Below are positions 25,001 to 40,000 of a stretch of 64,000 bases of DNA, in pieces. Location of the stretch: contig NMRA01000153.1 of NCBI GenBank assembly GCA_002633005.1, positions 583,084 to 647,083 of the forward strand, in the 5' to 3' direction. The position numbers and the translations under genes are program-made. Under the pieces are notes generated by a model, which saw only the letters and a program-made list of their open reading frames with translations, was not told the DNA's origin and did not search any database. The stretch's first letter is position 1; each line of letters opens with the position of its first letter. The DNA comes from Phoronis australis (Eukaryota; Animalia; Phoronida).

Positions 25001-28000
25001 GCACAATAGCATGGGAAAATATCAAGTGAAATTTCTAAGATTTGTGTCCCTTGGACTTTTCGTACGTCAACAGGCGTGATTTGACGCAGCTTCCTCAAAA
25101 TGGCGCCTGGTGAGAGAAACTCGAGCGAACTGCGAGGTTTTCATGGATATGTTCAAGTTATTTGTAGACTAAATTGTATCCAAAGTCAGGGTATGGGCTA
25201 ATTAAAACTCCATGTGCACATATGCATGTTTCAATTGATTTCATTTGCTGTATTTTGAAATGAGTAACTTTTTATGGGGATACACTATCGCCCCTGTATG
25301 CCTGCGGCATTCAGGCCTAGACCGCGTCGAGTTCCAATTTCAGTCCGTTCACAGCTTCACACAACATAACAAGTTCACATTTTCGTCGTCCATTCACAGT
25401 TATTCCACGATCCATCTACCATCCCTTAAATAGTGTTAACGTTTTAAGCGTAAAATTCACCATAAGAACTCCAGTAAGATTTCGCGTGTGAAGCAAAGAC
25501 TCGGTGCAAAACAAGAACAATATAGCTGGTTTTGCCCTCCTTCCGGTGACGTCACATTGGCTAACTGGAAACTCGCAAGTGAGCTAATTCAGGGCCACCG
25601 AGGACGGAGATCTAAGTCCGGTAAATACAAATGAGCTGAGCTCATAGCTCACATCTGTAGCAAAATGAATCACGAAGATTTGCCTTGCGATATGGTGAAG
25701 CGATTACCTCACTTGCTAGATTTCTCCTATCTTAGAGACTAAGATGCAAGATTCTCACAAATAAAGCTAGTGTGATCACGTGCTCCGCTTGCGTGATCTT
25801 GGGTTTTCGCGAGTGTAGTGCGTCTACGGAACGGGCACCTACGAAGCGTAAATCTCCAGCTAAGGTGCGCGAAGTGCTTAGACAATGGAAACTAATTAAT
25901 GAATCACCTGATAACAACAAATCTCTATCGCATACTCATTGTAACCGTGTGCACTACATTTACGCTGATTACTGAAAACGTACATTATAGTTCAGTGGGT
26001 ATTTTGCCTCGCTATATGTTTAGGTGACAAAGACATGAGGCAATTTCACTTGCTGCAGACAGCTTAGCTCGCAGATCTCCGTTGTGACCCTAAGGCTATA
26101 AACTGATTGACATTATCTCAACATAACTGAAAGGATTGAAATAAAAGCAACGCTGTAATCCACTGGGACTGGAAGCTCATTTCATGGTTGGCTGAACGAG
26201 GCACCCAATAGCTCATTCTCCGTTGACAGAGTGTAAATTATGTATACCGTAAAATCCCCTGACCATTATTTGAGTATACGACCAAGGCCTTATTGTCCGG
26301 ATCTCTTAAGGTGGCTATGAACCGGCCTTTTCTAAAACAAAGGTTGACATTTTACACATTGCCATGCACGTTATTTGTTATTTGCACTTAGTTAGTGGTA
26401 TTGAGCATACTTTCACTATGTTAGAATGAATCAAACTCATATGCATCAATCTTTAACCGCAGCGACATCACAGGAAAGCAAGTTGGTATTTTTCACAATA
26501 AATTTTATGGAAATCAGTAAAGTAAATGCTGACATGTGTCATATGGTCACGTAGGCCTACGTTATTTTATGATCTATTGTACCGAGTAAGTACTATAACT
26601 ATGCATACTTCAACTACACGGAGATGAATCACGTAACTTCATGTACAGCTACTGTGCCTCAATATTTGAACACAAACTTCAATTAAGCTACAATGTAAAT
26701 TGATTTCACATTAAATTTTGTAAAAACTAGTAAAATAAGGGTTGACAAGTTATACGTTGCCATGCAGGATACTTTAGAAGGTAGGTGTTGTTGAGCATAC
26801 CTGAACTCTGCTGGAGGTAAATCAAGATCATATTATATGTACACCAAAGGTATACAGCCATTGCCATAAAAGTTATTTCATTGCCTATTGAACTTTCCAC
26901 CGTTCATTATTTTATGAATTTCTGAGGTGCCAGTTAGCTGATATGTAACGAATACCACAAAATCTAAATAAATAAGCACTTTTTCCGCCAAATGGTCACG
27001 AATTTTTAAATTTTTAAGAAAAATTAGTTATTTCCAAGTTTCCCGCCAAATGATGTGGAAGACATTTGGTCACTTGACAATCAATTGCAATAGCGGAACA
27101 CAACACTTCAGAAGACGAAGATGATTTTGAGCGAGAACTGGACAATTATAGTTTTGGAGACAGAAAGGAGAGTGGATACGGGTATCACACTCAAGTACTT
27201 GAAGAATCAGACAATGAATTCGATTTCCCACTAAGCGGACTTTCGTCCGTATGAACTCGACCTACTTGCACCAGGAATGCTTTGCAGACATTTGTGAGCC
27301 ACAACCAATTGAACCAAGGGGTGATCAATATTCACAAAATATACACTTAAAAATCATTGACAAAGGCCACAGTAAACCTGGATCCCTCGTATCCATTACC
27401 GCCATGATGGAATGAGCACAGTCTAAACACAATGCACAAGCCTACTTGTCGTAGCACTCGATCTGGACGTTTCGAAGCGAATTCCACCCTGTTTGTTTAA
27501 TGATTTGATGAGCGTTTGATTTGTTAGTATTGTCCAACATACCATATTTAATTCGAATACAATTGAACATTGTAACAATACTTGGACTCACAGCAAACAA
27601 TTTGCAAGACTTTCTAATGGGCAGATTGCAGATCGATGACCATTCGCCTTACAAGTTAAGTTCCATGCACTGATCTTCCAGCCACAGTTCGCAGACGACA
27701 TTTCAATACCAACCCATTCCTGGATCTGGAGTTGCAATCTACGGCTTATGTAGTATTTGTAAGAAACTCACGCAGGGAAGAAGTGTATATAAGGTTAGAC
27801 TGGCACTATGCTTGCAACAATAAGTTTCACACTGAATTTCTTGTACCTGAGAACACACCTTGGTGAAGTTTGCCACAAACAAAGTAGGGCTGTCACTTGC
27901 AAAGATGGTGTCCTCTTTATTGGTTCCTCGGCTCATAAATTGGTTTGCCTGATCTTGGAACTGACTGTTAGATTTGATTAACGAGATTGGTAATTTCTTT

Positions 28001-31000
28001 CTCAAACAATAAACTCTGCATGTGGTCACATCATGCTAAGAATGGCATGCAGTGACAGAATGTTGTCATTGTTAATGGTGGGTACAGTGAGCAACCAAGT
28101 AGCAAGGACTGCACATTTTTTAATGTGATACGAGTCTGGATCCATGAAACTATCAATTGCAAAGATCAAATATGGCAATCAGTTCGAAGATCAGGCATAC
28201 GTATTCATGAGCCAATGAGCTAGTAAAGAGGACATTGGCTGTGTGGATGTAACAGCTCTAGTTTGCTTGTACAATGGCAACTCTCGCTTTACAGGTATCA
28301 GAAATTCTGTGTGAAAGCTGAAGCAGTAAACACAATGCCAGTTCATGCCGGTGCACTTCCTCCTACGTTAGCTTCAGTAAAGTACAGTTACCTTGTATTG
28401 TATCATTACTCAAGACCAAGCAATGGTTAGGTGTTGAAATGTCTCGTTCTGTGGACTGGGGCTGGAAAGTCAAGGCGGGGAACTTTCTGCCAATCGTGAC
28501 CGAACTACAACCTGCTCCACAGAAATTCATGGAACTCGTTCGTTGTACTTGCAAGTCTGGCTCCGAGAACATGAGGTGCTCTTATAGGAAACATGGCGGG
28601 ACCACCTTTACTGCTTGTTGCAGCTACTATAGTAGTGCATGCGCTAATGCTCCTGATTCTGACTCTGCTGACGGAGATATCTTATATATGCTGGATGCTG
28701 GAGTGAATGTCCCATTTATTTGTACATTGCGTGAACATTCAGGATATATCGATTGAAGCTTTACAGGACATGTCACTTTTATCATCACAGTATTCGTCAA
28801 GTTTCGAGGCTTGTATCTCAAAAATTATGTCTGATCTATTCCCTCACTTTTCAACAAAAATTATTCATATAAGGAATAATCTAAAACACGTGACTCTTGA
28901 CTAAATGTTTCAATACTAGTGTTGACTTGATTTTGCTTTATAAATAATTCACGAGTTTGCAGGTTTTAAGGTTTTACTCATGTTTAAAATTGATATTCCG
29001 TCGAGCATGGATTGTAGTTAAGAAATCCTCTAATCCGTCTCTTTATGCTGTGAAGTTTTACTAAAGTAAATAAATATCAATTTGATTTTTCATATGACAT
29101 GCGTCGTATGCTTGTATTACCAGTTTGTTAATAAAGCGCACTGTTGCCTTCATTATCTCAAATATTTGCTAAATTGCACCATGTTTATGCACCTGCATCA
29201 CCACCTGCAGCTGAGACCTGCCTCTCGTTCAGTAACGCTAGGACCTCGCTAAAAAGCAAGACTTCGAGGGATTACGTGAAATATTGCCGTGTATTTTGAA
29301 TGAGAACACGTGACCTTGGTTAGATTTTAGGTAGGTCCTAGCGTAGGTCCTAGCGTTACTGAACCCACGCATGGTCAGACTCAAAAGCTGTATAGTAATA
29401 GTGAGAGTTAAGCAGCTCACCACCTCTTTTGTTCTTCTATAGTCACTTATGTTAGTACGAAATGGTTCCATCGTTTTAATGGCCAATTCCTTATTCCTAA
29501 AGTGCAGGAAGCATGAGGGACAGACAATATTGGTTCAGGTACTTATATTTCAAGTTCTGAACCGAGCTTGGATATAAAAAGCCACACAATCCTGCTGCCC
29601 AAAAGGGTGAGTGGAAGATGAAACACCAGAACACCAAGTCGGTCGAAGAATTAGAAAATAATGCTTTGGAAGTAAAGCAATTCCGTTGAAAACTGTCATT
29701 TGTAACAAAAACATCAAAACACTCGCAAAATTCTTCAAGCTGGTTGGTAGACTTGCTGAGTATGACCATTGAAATTAAAGCACAGTGTCTGTTGCAATGG
29801 GCCTATAGAAGGTCTAAGTAACGTGTCGGCCGTTCTGTTTTTCGTACTATATTTCGCAAAATTCCAACACCACTGTCCCGGTATTATAAAATTGCACCAT
29901 GTACATCCATGTAGCTTAGTCAGTGTTTGCTACAACAAATTGATGTATTATATGTACAGAAAATAGATAGATTCTCATTTATATGTTCTCAACAATCTAA
30001 TCTTATATCTTATCTGATCTATCTTCTTAAATTATTGAAGTATCTTTGAGTTATGTTACTGTTAAGAGTGGTAATATCACAGGTAACGTCTGGTGTACAT
30101 ACGCTGTTAATATGTTAGAGCAGTTCAGCAACGTTCAGTAGGTACATATTTTATTACTATAGCAATTCAGTTTCGTTTACTCCTCATATGAGCACAAATC
30201 ACCATGACTAGATGTCAAAAACAAAAATGATTGGCTATGTGACAGGACGGACGGTCGGACATGAGCGGTTTATGAAGCATCTCCGAGGGAAAATCTGAAG
30301 CTACGAATAAACCAGATGTGTTACGAACGACGAAGTCAACACCGAAACACACAGGAGCTGACGGATGCATATGGTATCAGGTCACTTTGGTTCTTGCATT
30401 AGAGTTGTGCCTGAAATAATTGTTCGTCTCATTTGGTAAATCTGGAGTAAAAAGAGGCAAATACTAATGCAGCCCTACCCTTGACTTCTGACAGTTTCAC
30501 ACAATGCTTTTTGATTATAATCTGTTCGTAGAAGTATGTGAAATATGTCATAAACAGTAAGGGCAAAAAGCACCATATTTTTAATTGTCACACATCGTGC
30601 ATTTACTAGTACCGTCATGCAGACCAAACACAATTCACCCGCAGAACGTGTTTCCTAAAAGAAACAAAATATTACTCAACAATTTCCACCTGTTTCATAC
30701 GTTAGGGGTCACTTTAGAGAAACATGCCTGCAGATCAATTGACTCCCAGGGACTCAAGTCTGTGCGTCAATACGTAGGACGCGTTAATTTCTTCTTGCTC
30801 TCGAATCCATTTTTATCGGTGCAACCATCTGGTTTATATAAATTTAATTACAAGTTTCCAAAACAAATTTTCTTGTAGATCCTTGTGGCAGTAAGGCAGG
30901 GCCTGTATTATTTGCGGGGCCCTATGGTCTAGTTGAGTTAACTTAATGGATGATCCGCCACTGGTTCAGAGTAAAAGTTCTACACACATTGCTATGCTGA

Positions 31001-34000
31001 TGTCTTAACTCGAGCACACAACAAAATCGCGTTCACTCACCCAGAGGTCAAGAGAATTTTACAAGTATACGTTCTCACGCAAGTATTTACAAGTATACGT
31101 TCTCACGCAAGTATTTACAAGTATACGTTCTCACGCAAGTATTTACAAGTATACGTTCTCACGCAAGTATTTACAAGTATACGTTCTCACGCAAGTATTT
31201 ACAAGTATACGTTCTCACGCAAGTATTTACAAGTATACGTTCTCACGCAAGTATTTACAAGTATACGTTCTCACGCAAGTATTTACAAGTATGCGTTCTC
31301 ACGCAAGTACATAGAACCAAAATAAATGAATGCCCTTCGACTGCACTTTTGCCATATCTCGCGCTTTCAAGTCGACTTTTGTTCTCCTGAGCGTTTGCAT
31401 TATGAACGTGAAATGTGATCTTTGTGAAAAATTACTATTTTTAGATTCTGTTCCGTGATAACAAAAAATTTAAAGCCCGTACATATGCAGCACCTATATA
31501 CACATTCAGTGGTCATGTCCAAGGGACACTTGCTTATGTTTATGGTGAAGGGTGCAGCAAAAGGAGTCGTGGACTTTAAGGATAAAAAGACTCTTTTGTA
31601 GCCGATAAGTTCATGAAAAGTCACCCTTTCATAGTGCTTTAGTTCAGAACATCTTTTGTAGGAGTTAATTTCATAAAAATAAACCCCCATTGGAGGGATT
31701 TTTAGTCTTATAACTATCTTTTTAACCCATTAAGCCTAAACGGCACATTAAGAGATGCCATATTGTCAAAAATGAGTATGTCTCCAGAAACCAAAACATT
31801 ACAAATATAAATAATATTGAAAACGTTATGCAGATTTTGGAGTAGGAAACAGGTACCTCTTGTAGTATCGAATTAATTCGGGAAAGGCACGCTATCGTAG
31901 GTAATTTTTTAGGAAAATGCAATCTTTTGACAGGAAATTGGTCGTGAAAAATTCAGCCATCTGATTGACATGCATAGTCAGCTTCTATGGCAGTGAATGG
32001 ATAAGTTCACCTACTAAGTCAATAATCTGGTTCAGTGCAAGTCCCATCTTCACTACCACCGGGTCTCCGGGGTTAATCACTGGACGGACTTGTGGATGAA
32101 TCCGTGCTGTTATGTTTTCTAGAAGTCTTTGCTCTCCTGTAATTGTAGCATTCAGTGAATCAACCACGTTCTTCAAACCTGTAAAAAGTGCAAACAATTT
32201 TGAGAATGATTCAGGAATTTTATTGAAGCTGCAAAAATAATGAAATCTGAAATCATAAAAATACTCAATCGCAGTAAGGAAGACAATTTCGGGTGGGAGA
32301 TGCGCCTTCGCAAATATCTCATCAGGAAATTTTAGATTTTCCGTAACATCGGGTACCATTTGTCACAGCGCCATCGAGTTTTGCGAGAAAAGCCACTGAA
32401 GTGAGTGGTCGACGAGGTTGTATTGAATTCATAAGCAAAGATTTTTCGCCTGAAGAAGAACGGAAAGCTTGACGTCTGTTGGGGTAGTGCCTAGGAGATT
32501 ACGTCATCTTGGTTCTAACTCTTGCCAGTTAGTCTGTGCGATATTACATTGGATCAAAAGTTGTAATTGGGAAACATTGCTTTATTTGATATTCCTAACG
32601 CTCCTAGCTAGAGATCGTGTTTGATCTAGTATTAACCAGGCATTACCTATACCCCGCTAATTAGCAAAGCTTTTAAGCTTTTGATATTTTTACTATCGGT
32701 AAAATTGAGCCTTGCTTCTAAAAGGATTGACAATCTCCGATTCACATTAGAGTGTATTCTTCTTCTCTCATGTACTATATGCCGTTTATACTGAGCTCTA
32801 TAGCGACCCACCAACTGACCCAAGTCAAGAAAGGTTGTCTATCAGATATGCTCCAGTGACGAACTGAACACAATATTTAATATTGAAATGTAAGCATAGT
32901 TTTTAAAAAGCCGAGAAACTTGCTGACAGTCAAAGAATATTCCTTTTGGCAAAAAATCGGGTCATTGTAAAAAAAGTCACCTATGCCAGATGTCTCAGTC
33001 CTCCCTCATTTTACTAAAGTGTCTTAAGCCTCCTCTTCCCCAAGCCGGCTGTGAGCCAGTAATAGTGAGCAGGTTATGGGAATATACATCCTGACTAGAT
33101 CTGGGAGTACCTTCACCGTTCAAGTTTAATTTATATCCGGGCTCGTTTTCTTGTTTTAGTCATTGCGTAAAAAAGATAATTGAGTCCACTTGTAAATTAC
33201 TAGGTGACATATTTGTCTCCAGTTTTACTCCACTGGATACAGAGAAACGTGTTGCTCAGAGTGCGAGAAATCTTTACGTTAGGATCATTTTTGCCACAAA
33301 GCTTGTATCCACAACTCAAGAAGGTTCATGTGGTAAGAAAAATATAAAGATAATGCAGTGCCCATTTAACTTATCACAACAAATAGTTTCATTCAAACCT
33401 CGATCTAGTCACGGACGGAATCAGCATATGACATGGGTCAAGCTGGTGCATTATGGTCCACTTTAAAATAGGTCAACAGTTCATTCGACATACCGCGAGC
33501 TGGGAGGCTCGGCTGATATGAAAACAAAGTAGGAAATGGTTACAGAAATCGGATCGGTGATTAAAGCACGCCGTGAGCATGAGATCGAAACAGCGAAATG
33601 CCAAATTACCCTAATTAAGAAATTTGGGTGAGGATTTGTTTTTTTTTCACAACTTCATGTGTTCGTGAACACAAAGTCACCGACAGACTAGGCATGAGGA
33701 GACTCATAGCATTCGTTTTCAACGGCCGTATGCATGCAGACATACAACTCCCTCAGGATCAAAACTACGTTTTGTTTTCGTATTCTCCCCAACATTTTTC
33801 TATTATATGTACACGTCGTTGACGCAATATTATGGCGACTCGGTGAATGAAAGGACTGAGGGTACATAGGCCTACGGAGCTGCTCTGTGCCTGCAAAAGC
33901 GGGAGATTTGATTCGAGTGACAAGTAACCCTTGACCTCGGATAAGTAGTAAACAAATTTCAACGCGTTTGTGCGGTTCCAAGGTGGTTCTTTTTTCTTGC

Positions 34001-37000
34001 TACACGGTATATAATTCGTATTTGAAGTTCCCCAAGAATGAAGATAAGGTATTTTACGAGACATATATGAAATATTTAAAAATGGTCAATTTTTGTGAAT
34101 AAGGTTTGAGATTTCCTTATCTGCTCACCCAGTCTGTCCGGAACATGGCGTTCTCAGTATTGTTATCGCGAAGTTGGCGGTTATGCCTACTAACTGCATA
34201 TTATATTTTAGCCCATTTGGCAGTTTGTGTACCCATCTGGTACTTCAAGTTATATTTGCCGATTCGCTCGAGACCATTTGGTAGGCAATCGACCAAGTTG
34301 ATACCCATCTGGTGCTCACTGGCAACGTACGTATTCGTTTTGACGTACCCATCTGGTACCTAAATGTTTACTGCTGTTTCGTGGTACCTAGCTGTACCGA
34401 TGTGGTATCTACTCCCGGCACTTCAGTAAATAGAACCGTGACCCAGAAATTGGCAGCGCATCTTAATAAATTTCATCACTAAACCACTCTCCTGTTGGAT
34501 TGTTTGTCCCCAATAATGCCACGGTGAGATATAGGTATTGTTGATGACCCCTGTCGGTGGTTGAAAGGCTGCTGTAATGATCGATTAACCCGTATACGGT
34601 TATAAATGTAATATGTATTTATAGATATGTGTGTGTGTGTGTGTGTGTGTGCGTGTGCGTGTGTGTGTGTTTGTGCGTGTGTGTGTCTGAGTGTATGTAA
34701 GCATAAAACATCATTATATTTGAGTTTACATTGAGCAAAAAGTCCACGCGTGTATATCAGCCGTTAAACAATAATTTGCCCTGGTTTCTCGTTCACAATA
34801 AACCTGACTGGATGTCTGAAAATAATCCTATTTTAGTCTGCAGTTGATTTTCAAAATTCAAATGGCTGACACGAAGCGTTTTTAACCTTTATTAGTCTTA
34901 TGCCCAAGTACAAACACAACACACACACGCACACGCACGCATACACGCACGCGAGTGCGTGCGCGCGCGCACACACAGACACATATGACACACTAGTATG
35001 AAATTCAATGACTAAATACCGTTCCTTCAGTTCGCTGTGTTCACTGAGGGCAGTTTCTGCTGCGTTCAGTTCACCACAATAAAGACACGACCTATTTCCT
35101 GGACCTAACTCTATATGTCTTACCATTACAACCACTAAAGAATATCCCACACCTCTGAATCGTGACAATGCTGAGCAGTAGAGAAAAGAAATGAAATACT
35201 TAAAGTAGTTTTTCTATATAAATTCAGAAATTCAGCTTTGTTAATTCTGTACACATCTTAACGTCGAGACGACATCCCCTCTACCCACTGGTGGGTGTAC
35301 ATGCATGTATCTTCACAGCGTTGCTTAAATTTCTTTATGAGTAACATTTCGTCACTAACACTTTGAGTCAGTCAGGTGGCACCAAAACCTGATTATTGAT
35401 TAACATTTTGAGCCCAACATGTTCTGTCCTTTCATACTTCATAATATAACAAATTTTAACATATCTTACAGAAAACTTTTGAGAATTTTAACCAATATCG
35501 TATATTCAGAAGCATGTGAAAAATTACCAGTGCTCTTCCAAGTTCACCTCTGACAGCATTTGAAATATTTAAACCAAGTCCTGACAAGTATTTCCAAAAT
35601 TTACTGTTAACAGATGCGACGTTTTTCGCTCATCGAAACCCCACACCTCTAAGAAGTGGTAGTATTTTAGCAAAAATAAATCTAAGTCGTACCATCGGCG
35701 GGATATCGGCGAACTTCAGGACATGCAATTTTAGCGCAGAGTTGCCCCATTCTCTCAGTGATGACGTTTTCAGCGCCTTTGTAAACGCTCCTCTTGGGCT
35801 TAATGTTAGTCAAAGATAAACACTTCCCTTGAGTATAATGTTATCCCAAGATAATTGTTAAGTGCACTACATGTACTTTTAATTCTTTCGCCATCGAAAG
35901 TCCAGTTTCATAGTGACATAAAATACCACCGTTTCTAAAGAAAATGATTGTTTTCAACATATTCAGTTGCTTCTTCCATTTGCCACACAAGGACTCTAGT
36001 TTATTAATCAAGCTTTTCATACCATTTGTAATATTAGCAAACAAGACTAGGTCGTCTACAGAGACCATCACATACAAATGCAATAGTCCAATATAAACAC
36101 CTGCGCCGCTGTAAATTTGTTTTTAATTCAATTTCCAAGTCATTACAGGGAAAATAAAAATCGTGATAGAATTGAAAAAAGTAATGTCAGTCACACCACC
36201 CGTTTCTCTCATTAAAACACAAACCGTCTCGTCTTTGTACATACTTTATACTGTAAACAATAACCCAGCATCAAAGAACTAACTTGAAACAAAAACCAGT
36301 ACACATATTTCTAATTAATCAATTAATCCTTGTGCGTAAATACGCGCTTAAGACATGCCATACTAAAAATTGTTGTCCGTACTACATTAAACTTGCTAAA
36401 AGGCTTCACCGTTGCACTTATTCTATCCTTAATGCGCACCATGTGCGGTGTGAGAACGGAAATTTAAAAAATAACATCCATTAAAAACGCTACTCGTTCA
36501 GTATGTCAGAGCAGATGAGCTGTGTTAAAGGCATCAAGCCGTTAAATTCACACTAATACGCACGCTTTTATTGTGTTGAGGTTATCATTTGTTACACATT
36601 TATTGATCTCAGAAAGCAAATATTATAACTTCTTTAGACAAAAATATCACAGCTTTTTACAATAATGTTGTCACGCGTTCTTGTTGAATGAAGCTGCCCT
36701 AAAGCAGACTATTGTCGGAAAACCACTTTTGGAATTGACCATACAACCGAATCATACTACACTTTGAAATCGATCTCACTTACAGTATTTGTTTTGATTC
36801 TCTTGGATAAGAATAGCTTGATGCTCTGAATACAATACTTGTACATATATAGTGCAGCTTGTGTTCAGGCAGTAACCTGCGGACTTAGCCAAATACACCT
36901 GTACTAGGGATAACCAAAACTATTAAATCGACTTATGAGGACTAGAAATATAGGACCCATTTTGATATTGCTTTGAACGACTGTTAACTCTTGTAATTTC

Positions 37001-40000
37001 ATGTTTCACGCTGTGTTGTTACTGAATAAAAAATTAATGAAGATGTACCTAACCGTTTGCACTCAAAACAGAAATTTGAGTACAGAACTGGGCCCTGTTT
37101 CATGAAGGTGACTTCAGACTTGAGACAGAAATTTGGTCTTACGATCCAACTTCACAGTTGTTGAAAAATGGTTTGGACAAATAATTACGAGTGCATCACA
37201 GTCTACAAATAATCTATAGAAATTATCTCGTTGGATTAGCAGTTATGTACGTATTCTCACTGGCTTTGCACTTTTACTCAAGCGAGATTTAATTATTTTT
37301 CTCAATTAGTTTTGTGGAGCAAAATGCAGAGCTTGTGAGAATGAATATAATTTCTATAAATTATCTATAGACTGTGATGCACTCGTAATTACTTGAGCAA
37401 TCCTTTTTTAGCAATTATGAAGTGAGATCATCAGTCCAAATTTCTGTCTTAAGTCTGAAGTCACTTTTATGAAGCAGCTCCGGGAAGTTGATCTTTTACG
37501 CTGCAGGAAGACACATCAATCACCACAACGTGCATAGGGACTCTATCGTGTGCAGTGGTCTAACTTTTGGACAAAGAACACGTGACCAAATTAATTGCAG
37601 GTTGGTATGAAATCAAAAATCAAATACTATTTTACGGAGTTAAAATCAATTTATTTGGCTGAATGCACAGACCTGTCGATAAGGATCTTCGAAGCTACCA
37701 CCTTTTGGCGATTTTTGAAATCAGTGAGGACTCGAAGCCATTTTGATTTCGTGGTCGGTTGGGGACAGTTTAAATGCAAAAGTATTTGATTTTTAAAACA
37801 ATAAAATTATTACATCGCCAGGTTGCAAATGTAGTAATTGGAGTTGCACGCACAATATGTGATCGGTCACTGAAAGGGAAGTAAATATATTTCAATTAAC
37901 GCTCGCCCACATCTTTTCGATAAAGCTACATATAAGTATTTAAAATTGTTTTTAACAGAGTGAATTGGCGATAATCATCTCTTTTATGGCCTTAATTCAT
38001 TCAGAACGGGTTTTCAAAGTCAAATGGTGCCGTTTTGAATCAGGGTCAGCCGTCGACCGGAGAACAGGCGACAGCCCAACCCCTCTCTAGTCGACCTGAG
38101 TGCAGCTAATCGTGTCACTGAACCGCTGAAGCTGGGAGAAAAATCAGGTGACTTTGTAAAAAATCAACCATCAAAACACATTCGAGAGCCATAACGCTTT
38201 TTGTCTTGATCACTGGATCTTTTGTAAGCCTACATAATAACACTTTTTTAGCAGTCTATACTGAAACTTATCATTCGTTGATATCGTAGTAAGAGCTAAG
38301 CTCAGACCGATACAGGAGACATTCTGAACTATATAGATTTAGGCTACCTTTTTTCTGAGTTTGTATTATGTCAATGCGATAAAACCCCACAGAAGTCTCC
38401 CGTCAGCAAGCAAATTAAATAATGTTTACAATCAATGAATTAACCTCCCCCAACTTCGTTAGTCCAGGTAGTAATCTCCATAATTTTTATTGACTGGCTT
38501 CGAATGAATTGTACTAAACTGTTGTAACTGTTTTAATTGGCTTAAGTTTCTGACGTTTTTTTCTGAATAATCCTCCATTCCGTTAACGAAAATGAACACT
38601 GAACTCCATTACAGTCAAACGGAAACGTACATGGAGGAATACAGGGAGGTCATCCCTCAGCGAGCCACGCCGAGAGGTAGCAGCAAGGACGGTAGAGCTG
38701 TCTACCTTCTACAATACCGTAGTCGGGTGCTTCGTCTCGCTCCAGACAATGCCAAGCACACGATAATCGCGTGCAAAACGCGGGAAAACCCTGAGCCCTA
38801 TGCAGGGTACTGGAATTTATTAACGTGTGACTCCAACGCTTAAATGCACTGTTTGTCACTTTCTTTTTGGAAAAATTTGCTCCAGTATCAAACGAGTGAG
38901 TGTACCATGTTTCAGTGGACTCGTAATGTTGTTTAATCGTCCCATTCTGGAGATGCATGAATAATTTGCAACTAGACAGAAGACAAGCAGTATCTCCAAC
39001 TCATAAGGTGTAATATTGCAAGCTATGAAAGACAATAGTGAACTCAGGTTCTCATATGAATTTCTACGAATCTCGCTGGGCGTAAAATCACCGCGACAGG
39101 GTCCACACATTAAGCCAGACTAATGCGGTGTGTGAATTTTCACTGATGCCGTAAAGGCAAATGCGTTCGTCTGAAAAATCCTTGAATAACTTTCTTTTAT
39201 CATGAATATTTTTAGAAAAGTTCCCATTTTGTCTTCACACTGCCACAGGACGGTCTGCAAACATGACACGGAATGGCCTGCGAAACAGCATGAAAAATTT
39301 CAATGTTTTTGTTTGTGTTCGCGCCGGCAACTGATCAAGACTTGATAATGCCCATTGAATCTGAAAATCTGGACATGATGAAAGATCACGTCATGCGTAG
39401 TCTGACCTATGAAAAAACAAAAAGGTCGCCGTAGCATGGGAAAACAGCCTCCCGTTCAGTAACGCTAAGACCTCGCTAAAAAACAAGACTTCGCTAGATT
39501 ACGTGATATATTGCTATGTATTTCAAATGAAATCACGCGACTTTGGCTAAATTTTAGCTAGGTCTTAGCGTAGGTCCTAGCGTTACTGAACGTACGCCAG
39601 TTTTCATAAACGCTGCAACAAAACACTGTCTTTTACGTTTCACTGATCAATCGAAATTTTTAGAGTTTCATATTTGAACATGCTGGATTATAGCCTGTGA
39701 CAAGTAAAATGAAGTAGAAAAGGATATTCTTCAATCATACCTGTTACTTTGGACAAACTGGGTGTTTTCTTATAAGGCAAAAACATGCTTTATCCGACAA
39801 AACCAGGTTCAACCCCCTGGCTCCCGGACTATTGGCACTGGTCTGTTGCTTGACTCATTTAGAAACCTGCGCCTCAATGCTGTAATAAAAAATTGCGCTT
39901 GCCAGCATCACTTCAGGGGAAGTTTTAAATCTTCACAAACCGAGTCAAGCTAGTTTTTACACGTGGCTTGTCAAGCCGCAATCTACTTTTTAATTACTTT

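Noticed and set aside
28439-28756. Cys-rich ORF that could be called a tesmin/CXC host gene
   Set aside because: It is the tail of a stop- and frameshift-ridden transposon protein.
31058-31309. 28-bp repeats of CRISPR-like length
   Set aside because: The units are head-to-tail with no unique spacers, there are no cas genes, and the context is a eukaryotic intron.
6063-32014. Duplicated, mutually exclusive nAChR exons as in insect alpha6
   Set aside because: I saw no second copy of exon 3, 4, 5 or 6 motifs in the introns by eye; a tBLASTn self-search would confirm.
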